The notes beneath the pieces are model-generated. The model did no database searches and was not told the origin of the DNA. It worked only from the letters and a program-made list of their open reading frames with translations. A stretch of 63,911 bases of DNA, filler included, from Pelomyxa schiedti (Eukaryota > Protista > Evosea): NCBI GenBank assembly GCA_020536535.1. It is 14 parts of 14 records of this genome, joined end to end, with 100 filler letters (N's around TTAATTAATTAA, not from the genome) between each part and the next. Parts side by side here need not be neighbours in the genome. Positions count along the whole stretch, not along the records: positions 49,321 to 61,329 come from JAHLWZ010001227.1; positions 61,430 to 62,788 come from JAHLWZ010002574.1; positions 62,889 to 63,911 come from JAHLWZ010002986.1; 11 more parts are not named here. One strand, given 5' to 3'. The translations under genes were made by a program, and so were the position numbers. This document shows positions 55,645 through 63,911 of the stretch, piece after piece. The stretch's first letter is position 1, and each line of letters opens with the position of its first letter.

Positions 55645-58600
55645 ATGAGAAACGAAACGAATAACCAAATGAAACGACGACACAACCAACAACGCAGCAT
55701 CAACGCTGAACACGTGACGCCAACGAGGGCCCAATCTCATGTCATAATTAATTGCTTCGTCGTCGGGAAGTCAGGGTCGGACGAGGACCTCTTCGCTCTT
55801 CTTCTCCATTACTACAAAGTTGCCGTTTGTCCCAATCCGCAAACACTCAGTGGAGACCAATCTGCCGTCTCACTCCCAATGTCCCTTACCATTACCACAG
55901 ACTTTCATGCTCCGCAACAGCAACAGCAGTATCTGCGAGGTTGTGACAACAGTGTTGTTGTTGGCGGTGGCGGTGGTGGCGGGTACGAGAATGACCCTGC
56001 AGTGGATCTTGTTTTCCATCGCAATGGGAGCCCAACTATGGGACCTGGGTGTACAAAAGAAAAGGGCTCAGTGGTTCTGGTGGTTATGCCTTTTCGTGGC
56101 AAATGTCCTGAGAAGCTCTCTGTTCCTTGGGATCACAAATGTTCTTCATATTTTGGTGAAGAGAACATTATCCTGGCAAACTTCTGCCCAAACCAACCCG
56201 TTATTGATCATGATTGTCTGGACTACACACTGCTGAATCTTGCAATAGAAGTATGCTCTGTTCAAAAATAATAACTATCTCATTCATTAAGAAAAAATTA
56301 ATTAACCCACTCTCAGATGAGAGCAGGGTATCTGTTCAAGAGTAAGCGCAAACCTTCAAAAGATACTATCACCAAGCTGATAGATGCAATTGTTCTTACT
56401 TCTCAAACATCTGGGTTTCACCAAGGTTGCTTTCATCAATCCCATTCATTTTTATGCAGGCTGCTAGTTCCTAACGTTCAAGTACATTCCTCTCTCTTTA
56501 TTTCAACCAGATTTTCTTCCCAACAAGTGCATGAGAACATCTTCCTCTCTCTTCTTACCATTATTTCCACGGGAGGGACTGATTGGAGTCACAAATATGA
56601 GCTGCTTGCATGTCCGATCATTATTGCACATATTAGATCACAGGTCCAACGTCTGTGAAAGGTTGTTGCGATTCTGGTTTGAAGCTGGGAACTGGCCAGC
56701 TGTGGATGAACTTGTTTTCTCAAACTTCCTCTTTGAGTCAGAACTGCCGCTATGTGACCCATGGTTGATTTCACCACTGGAAGGAAGCTATTGTCGTGGT
56801 GTTGTGCTACACTCTAAAATAGTTCAGAGCCATGGAATTCCAGAATGGGTCCTGCGTGCAAGGATTGGTGAGAAAGTTGATTTCCACCCAGAACAACCAA
56901 CATTCCTCCCAAAATCAAGCAAGCCACCAGATTGGGCATTGATCAAGCTTTCCCTGTTGTTTGGTGATGAGGTAATCACTGAAGAGGCACCCAACAGAAT
57001 CGTTTTAGTTGGGGGGCCTCTCCCTCACAAAGCGGCATTGTTGAAGTGCCTGATGCAGAATAAAACCAAAGCAACTGTGAAGACCTCAAGCACCAAAACA
57101 CTGGCAAGTCCACCGGTCATCCAAGTGCACAAACCCTTCAAGTTGTGGAACTCATTAAAACTGCCACTTCCGGACCTGTGCTCAGCATGGGAATTAGGTT
57201 TGTAGAGGTGCCACAAATTGTATTATTGACTGTAAATAAGGTGGAGGGGACACTGGAGAGGACTGGAACCCATTTCACCCGTGTTTCTTTTTCAGTGACT
57301 CAGTCTTCATGCTTGTTTTTGATGCCTCATCGTCATCTCCTCTAGCAGCAACAGCAGCAGGAATGACAAAAACTGGAAACACACAGCAAGAACACCCAGC
57401 AATTCCCAAGTTGGACTTCTGGATGAACCAAATCAACTCATGCCAGAAAAACAAGATGAATCCGTCGTGTTATCGTCCACACTCTCAAAAACCAAAGGTG
57501 ATCTTTGTTGGAATTTGCACCAGCAACAGCATGGACGAGAAGCTTTTCATGACCATCGAAAAGCACTGCCACTTATTCCATTTCAAAGTGCTTGGCCGTT
57601 TTACCATCAATACAGAAAGTGGCGAGGGGTTCTACTGGAAATCATATATGTCCATGCTATTTGAGAGCAGGCGGAGTGGGCGCCCTTACTCCACCTGTGT
57701 GCCCAAAGCAAATATCATTCGGTCCATTGCAAAGGCAATAGAAAGGAACCAGAGCCAATACATCATCCCACAAAGATGGTGCAGATTTCGTGCTCATTTG
57801 GGCACTGTCAAAGCAAGTGCAGTGAAGTGGTCACAGCTTGCCAGGATTGCACACGACTGTGGAGTTGGGAGATACACATCAAAAGTGAGCCAAGCAGCTG
57901 AGGAGGAGGAAATGAGGCTGTGCTTTGACTGGCTCTCTGACATTGGCGCAATTTTTCACTTCGTGCATGATGAAGTCTTCCAATCTTCTTTGAGAAGAAG
58001 ATTGGGAGCTGATGAAATTGTTGTGTTGGATCCATCTTGGTTTAATTACACCAAGCAGTTGCTGCCTGTTGAGATCTCACCCCTTCTTCTTCCCTCTGGG
58101 GAAAGTGAGTCACCATTGGAATCCCTGCAACGACACACAATAAACTACCTGCATCACAATCAAATCGGCACTGAAGTGGCAGGTGCCCTTTCAAAATTAG
58201 GAGTGCTGGTGAACAGCATCAACAACCAGCCACACTTCCCATTCTTCATGCTTCCTTCAGTCCCCTCTGACATCTCCTCTCTCTGTGATCAATTCTGTAA
58301 GCTCTGTGATCATGAGATTGCCACCAATGCCACAGGGTTCCTCCTCCACTTTCAGCTCCTTCCCGTTGAATCGTTCTCCAAGGTTGTGTGCCAGCTATTC
58401 AACAACATACCAGGTGTTCACCCAATTCTAATCAGCAGAGATGGGATACTGATCTCCAAAAGGATCCAACAGCAGGATACAACAACAAGTAGCGCTGTCG
58501 ACAGACCTTGTGAAGCCCACTTGATGATGATTCTTACTGCGGATCCAGCCACACAAAATGCAGTGGTTGTGGTGGCCATGGGAGTAGTAGGGCTTGGGAG

Positions 58601-60392
58601 AAGAAAACTTATGATTGGGGATAACTTACTTGTTGCTGCAGTGGGTTTGCTCATCAGAAGTGCGCACTCAACAACTCCAAACACAACAGTTGTTCCTGCC
58701 CACCACTCTTTCGTTTGCCCCACCTGCCTGTTGCAATACTTGCAGATCAACACATCAAATCGAGTAGAAAGTACCTGTCCACTCAAGTCTAATAATCAGG
58801 GTAGTAGACGAGTAGACAAACGTGCTCCTTCGTTGCCCCCCACAGTTGAAAGTGACTTAAAGTTCAGGAATTACAACACCCTGAAGCAGACAATGGAAGC
58901 CACACATGGTGAGTGGCTGACTGCCACACTGAAGTGCCATAGAGCTGCCATTCAAAATATTGCCTCCTCCACTGACTACTACTTCTTTTTCTACCCAGTT
59001 TTTAACCTCACTGATGAGGAAGCAAGCTCTGCCACGATAACCAGGACAGAGTGGTTGGGTCTTGAGAACACAGGGCCTTTGACAGTCAAACCATTTGCGT
59101 TGCAAAGTTCCACCAGTAGTCTCTGGGAAAATTCTATTTTGGAATACAGGGAGAAACACACTACTGTTCCGGACCATCCCAACATTGTCAAGTTCATTGG
59201 GGTTGGAGTTCATGGTGAAATGCTGTTGGGGTTGACTGAATACATTCCTCCTCCACCCCTCAGTCTCCTCCATCACTCACTTCCCCTCAGTACCAACCCT
59301 GACGCAACAAACACATTTTCCTTGTCAGACTTGCTTAAAGCGTGCCTTTTGAACCCCCAGTCCCAACAGCAAGAAGAAACGGTGCTGGAACAGATACTTC
59401 CAATGTGCCTGAGGGAAAAGATTCTGAGAGATGTTGCAGAGGGTCTGACTCACTTGCACTCCCAGTTTCCTCCTGTTGCTCATGGTGATGTTGACATCGG
59501 TTTGCTTCTCACCCCCATTCCCCATTGGCTTTGCTAACCACCAACAACAGGAACTGTATTGATCACCTCATTGGATCCAGTTGGATCAGGCCCTTGGGCA
59601 AAGGTTCTACTTCTTGTTTGTGGGGCCTTCATTAATTTCAATTTCTTTTTATTACGTAGCTTACACACCCGATGGTTACAGTTGACAAAACTACGATTCC
59701 AAGCAAATCCACTCAAGAGAACCAATCATCAACAACAACGACGACGACAAACAGCAGGAGCTTCAGCCCAGAGGCCATCATCCAGCAGCGGGATGCACTG
59801 GATCCACCAATAGCTCTCGACAAGACAAAGATCGATGTGTGGAACTTTGGTTTGTACAACTAGAAACAATCAAGTTCACTCTCACTTTTCTAACTAAAAA
59901 GGGATTCTTGTTCACACCGTTGTGGCACCACTGTCCTTGGTTTACCTCCAATCAACTTCATCTTCTCTCCCCGTTTCTTTTGGGAGATTTCACTGGAAGC
60001 TCAATGAAGAAGGCAAGAGGAAGAACACGAAGAATACTCTTCTGTGTAAGGGGCTCTCCCCGTCAAATTTCCACACGCCTCACACAAAAACAAAAACAGC
60101 AACAGGCTCCCATCCCCACCCCAAACAAGTGGAACCCAAGACAAGACCAGTTGAGAGGCACCTGGTTGGATACGCACTTGCCAGTGGAACACTGGTTGTT
60201 GGCTTCCAAGAGGGCACTGGCATGATGATGAACAGTGGCACAAGGAGGGGTGACGTACATCAGCAACCCTTTGCACCATGGGCACAGCAGCTGGTGACAA
60301 TGTGCCTGGTTGCCGAGCCAACCAACAGGCCCACCGTCAAACAACTCTTGGTTGTGTGGAATTACTTGTCCATGGAGCCTAACCACTCTTAA
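55645..60392 (+). CDS. Degenerate Roco-like protein: N-terminal pseudo-G domain, pseudo-Roc, COR, pseudokinase
   Basis: INCFVVGKSGSDEDLF (first G-like start). Pseudo-Roc: RIVLVGGPLPHKAALLKCL, CSAWELG, LVFDASS, FWMNQI..KVIFVGI. COR-like: CFDWLSDIGAIFHF..IVVLDPSWF. Kinase: DHPNIVKFIG, LRDVAEGLTHLHSQFPPVAHGDVDIG, LDPVGSGPWAKVLLL, IDVWNFG. Stop at 60392. Confidence 0.7.
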
Positions 60393-60565
60393 ATTCCTCT
60401 AAAAATCAACTTTTGAAGACCACCCACTTCACGATGATGACGTTGTCGCGGCCATGCACCGATTTTTTTTTTATGTCGGGGTGGACTGCGGGTATTGTGG
60501 CCCCACCCAACTGTGGCCATGGCTCCACACAAAACGGCCCGCTTTGGCATTTACATACACATGAG

Positions 60566-61329
60566 TCAGGAAATCGAACACAAAGGGGGAGGGTCATCGG
60601 AATAGTCGAACTTTGGGGACCACTCAGAGAGCCATGTCATGATTCTGGTGAGTGACTGGGGTGCAAACACTGATGTGCTCCCAACAACCCAGTTGCGTGG
60701 TTGTGGTGCTTTGGGCGTTGTTTTTGTGGTTGTTGTTGCTGATGTTGTGGTGCTGTGTGATGGTGATGATGATATGAGCTGTGCGATGCGTGATACATTG
60801 TTAGTGTTGCCACTGGCAGATGAAATTTCAGGGCAAAGGTCATATCTGTGTTTGGTCAGATCCAGAGAAGAAGAAGATTTTCTATCTAAATATATAAGAG
60901 AGAGTTAAACAAACCTGTGGTTTGCCACAACGAAGGGAATGTCACGATGTGGTGATGACGACAGTGTTCTGAGTGTTTCTGTCAAAAGCGGAACGCTGGA
61001 TTCCTGTGAAGCCGGAGTAAATTTGCCGGTTGATGATTTCCGGCAAGTGGGAAATAACAACACAACGACACATACAATGTCGAGGCAGTCAATCACAAAG
61101 AGGATCGCGTTCGCGTGTGAAAGTACATCATCACCTGGAGAAGGGACCGATGAGGAGGATACATCGTGTTCATATATTCCAGTGAGGAACAAGTGGTTGG
61201 GTTCTGGCAAATAAACGGCCGTCATGTTCTGTTCCTGAACAGTTTCGCGGTAACAAGGGCATGTGGAGTTGTTGTACCTTTTCAAAAAAACTCGTCAGTT
61301 GAAAGCACGCAAACGCAGAATTATTTATT
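60566..61329 (-). CDS. Paralog of the atypical CSIS-ending small GTPase (5' truncated)
   Basis: HLFLTGIYE..HANAILFVIDCLD..PLLTETLRTLSS..DIPFVVANHR|..WVVGSTSVFAPQSLTRIMTWLSEWSPKFDYS..LCSIS*. Confidence 0.7.
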
Positions 61330-62089
61330 NNNNNNNNNNNNNNNNNNNNNNNNNNNNNNNNNNNNNNNNNNNNTTAATTAATTAANNNNNNNNNNNNNNN
61401 NNNNNNNNNNNNNNNNNNNNNNNNNNNNNATGTCAGTTGATTGGAAATTGTGGGAGGGGAGATTCTAGACAGACCGGGAAAGCGTTTGTAGTATACGAGA
61501 TTAACAAGCAACCTATCAAATTGCCGTCACCCACATTTCATTACCAACAATAAAGAACACACTTTTGCCCACAGCGCCATCACCAACGACAACACACTTC
61601 ATAGCTTGCATTTTGTTTTTTTTTTTATTTCGTTCTTTTTCCCGTATCGCTTTTCTTGAATAACAACGGCACGGTTTTATTTGAAGGGACGTTCATGTCA
61701 GGGGCTTTTGTGTAACGGGTGCCTACGTAGAAGGTGTGAAGACTGCCAAGTAAGTCTACCAATTGGCATCGGATTTACCTACCTGGTGCCGGAATATAAA
61801 AAAATGTGGTTACGCGGTATCATCTTGCCAAACACTTGTACGTCTTAGTGGTTGTTGTATTTTCTGTTTAAGAGTAATCCACATTGTTACCACTTACCTA
61901 ACCACCCACGTGATGATGAATAAAGGACAATAAAAGGCTCTACTATCTAGCTGGCTGCAGCCAGATTTAGTCCTAGCTGAACCTCCAGCTAAAAGCTAGC
62001 TGTTTCTCCATCCAATACCATAACCGTGAATGTCTCACATTCTACCACTGACTTGTACTGTGGGGTGGCACTTGGTGCCAAAGAGACAA

Positions 62090-62179
62090 GCATATCTGGA
62101 TCAGTGGGCGGTGATTTTTTTCCCTATCAAAAAGTCTATCATCACCGCCCAAAATCACCGCCCATTGATCCAGATATGC
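62090..62179 (+). repeat. 29-bp inverted repeat (90-nt hairpin)
   Basis: 62090-62118 pairs with 62151-62179, with a single G-U mismatch on the + strand. Confidence 0.85.
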
Positions 62180-62370
62180 CCAGGCAAATGAGAAACCTAA
62201 GCGGGAGATTACAATTCACTTCCAACACGACGCAGATGCACAACCCCTCTTCCTCTAGCTTTCCGTTCCGAAAATACTGCCAAGAAAAATCAAAAGAGAT
62301 GAACAAACACCAAAACAAAAATAAAAAACAAAAACCAAAAAACGCACTTTAAGCAAATTCAATAAAAACG

Positions 62371-62788
62371 ATGCCTTTCAGCAAGAAAAAGCTGGTGGGT
62401 GCCACGCTCCTCGTGGTGGGGCTGATCGCGTCCCTCATAGCCAACGAGGTGGGGCAGCACATGGCCGACGCCGGCCGCCCGTTCCTCGCCATGTGCCTCC
62501 GCGGCCTCAAGGTGCTCTTCGAGCTGTTCGTGCTCGCCGTAGCCACGTGGATAGGCATGCAACCTGCACCGCGGACCCCTCTGCCTGGGAGTCCCGAATC
62601 ACTTATTTCCTCGGCTTCTGCTTCTGCTGCTACTTCTGCTTCTGCTTCTGCTTCTGAGAAGGGGCAGAGCGCTGGTGTTGAGGGGAAGGAGAATTGCGGT
62701 GGTGGGATTGTGGGAGGCACTCCACCTATTCTGCGTAAGTTATTGTTGCTGCTGGATGATATTGATGTTGTATGTTGTGATTGGTTTG
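62371..62788 (+). CDS. Small membrane protein, two N-terminal hydrophobic segments, Ser/Ala repeat (truncated)
   Basis: MPFSKKKLVGATLLVVGLIASLIAN..LKVLFELFVLAVATWIG; GCTTCT hexamer repeat ~62614-62655. Confidence 0.5.
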
Positions 62789-63168
62789 NNNNNNNNNNNN
62801 NNNNNNNNNNNNNNNNNNNNNNNNNNNNNNNNTTAATTAATTAANNNNNNNNNNNNNNNNNNNNNNNNNNNNNNNNNNNNNNNNNNNNGAGGAGAATCAC
62901 CAGAACAATCCAGCTGCTGTTAGGCCTTGTGTCACATACAGAACATCATCAACAAAAAATGTAAAGTAGTGCACTGTTTCACAGGTCTCAATTTAAATTT
63001 TTGAAAGCTCCCCCCAAAAGAAACAAGTTCCCACCAACAACTTAGCACAGCACGGCAAAGATGGGCATGAATATTCGGAAATCGAATTTTTGTTATTAGC
63101 TTTTCCCTGCTAGTGACTTCCCTCTGGGTGGCTCGAAGTGAGTTGAAGTGAACTGGAGTAACCCAGAG

Positions 63169-63569
63169 TGTGTACTTCCACAAAGTACACGAACTCGGCC
63201 TTGCTCGCGAGGCTCTGAAGTCTGGTGCACTTTAGCGGGATTGGAGAGACTGAGGACTGAGCCGAATCTGGACTATTACCAGAATGAGACAGCGAAGGTA
63301 ATGATCAGCGCACGGCGCAGCTGGGCGCACAAATACAGCAACAACAACGTGGCAGGCGGTTTTGATTACATGCACACTTGTCCGAGAATCCATTTGAACA
63401 TCGTAGCCTTTTAACCCAATCGCACAACCGCTCTGCGAGATTTTACACACTCCCTTTTTATCCCTTTACACAACAACAACGAGAACAAACAAGAGAACCC
63501 TTTATTCTCTTCACTCTCACTCGTTTTCTTCCTCTGTGGGACTTATTCTCGAGCCCACAGAAGCTAACA
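63169..63569 (+). mobile_element. Copy D (longest, 401 bp) of the TGT...ACA element
   Basis: Both termini are shared with copy C. 5' hairpin GTGTACTT-CCACA-AAGTACAC (63170-63190) and 3' hairpin TCTGTGGG..CCCACAGA (63533-63561). No TSD is visible for this copy. Confidence 0.9.
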
Positions 63570-63911
63570 CTTTCATTGTTAATAAAGTTTACCCTTTTCG
63601 TGGTCTCACTACAAAAACCTTTGAAGATTGCGTCACTTTAATTGTTTCACAAAATAGTAAGAAAAATGAAACCAGTCGTCGCCTTAACCCAGCGGGGTCG
63701 GCGCTCTTCCTCTTCATTGGGTAAGACTTTTGTTTGTTTAATCTGTAAATATTTTTGCCTTGTTCTCCACTACTTTTTTTTTTGGTGTTGAGGCTTAGTG
63801 CCTTGCTGAGGACTGTGGTGTGCTTGTGGTGGCGGCTGCGGGTTTCTTGGGTGGAGCGGCTCTCTCTGTCTCTTTCTGTTGTGTGTATGAGTTGGATGAA
63901 TGAGCTTGGTG

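Noticed and set aside
26344-62888. Recurrent TTAATTAATTAA motif that could look like a regular array or regulatory repeat
   Set aside because: It is always embedded in N runs and gives stops in all six frames, so it is an artificial contig linker. Gene order across it is not biological.
63533-63569. Helitron interpretation of the 400-bp element (hairpin followed by CTAA)
   Set aside because: The shared boundary extends past CTAA to CA, the 5' end is TG rather than TC, and copy C has a 4-bp TSD, which Helitrons do not make.

Overview
This is eukaryotic, gene-dense protist DNA with many short GT-AG introns (most about 50-90 nt). The gene families (Roco kinases, WH2/SH3 actin regulator, expanded TKL kinases, Sel1 and ankyrin-like repeats) point to an amoebozoan, possibly a Pelomyxa-like archamoeba; this is inference and cannot be confirmed here. 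The window is not contiguous. Thirteen artificial N-TTAATTAATTAA-N linkers join 14 scaffold pieces, and there are three 100-N gaps, so adjacency across linkers is meaningless. The first 26 kb piece carries a large LRRK2-like Roco kinase with an extra N-terminal pseudo-Rho domain, a WH2-coiled-coil-SH3 protein, a PKA regulatory subunit, Vps18, a Trp-rich ankyrin-like protein and a vWA protein. The short pieces carry an HSP20, an EF-hand protein, an importin-alpha-like fragment and a ubiquitin-like-TKL kinase. They also carry a dynamin-like GTPase-pseudokinase fusion, a Sel1-repeat protein with tandem PINK1-like kinases, a degenerate pseudo-Roco with two paralog fragments, and two atypical CaaX-ending small GTPases. 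Five members of an unnamed family share an N-terminal 'H[PEQ]RCG..SP' motif. Mobile DNA includes four copies of a roughly 400-bp TGT...ACA element with terminal hairpins (one copy has a 4-bp TSD), a MITE with 59-bp TIRs and a Ty3/gypsy-like protease remnant. Exon boundaries were read by eye, so gene coordinates are approximate.
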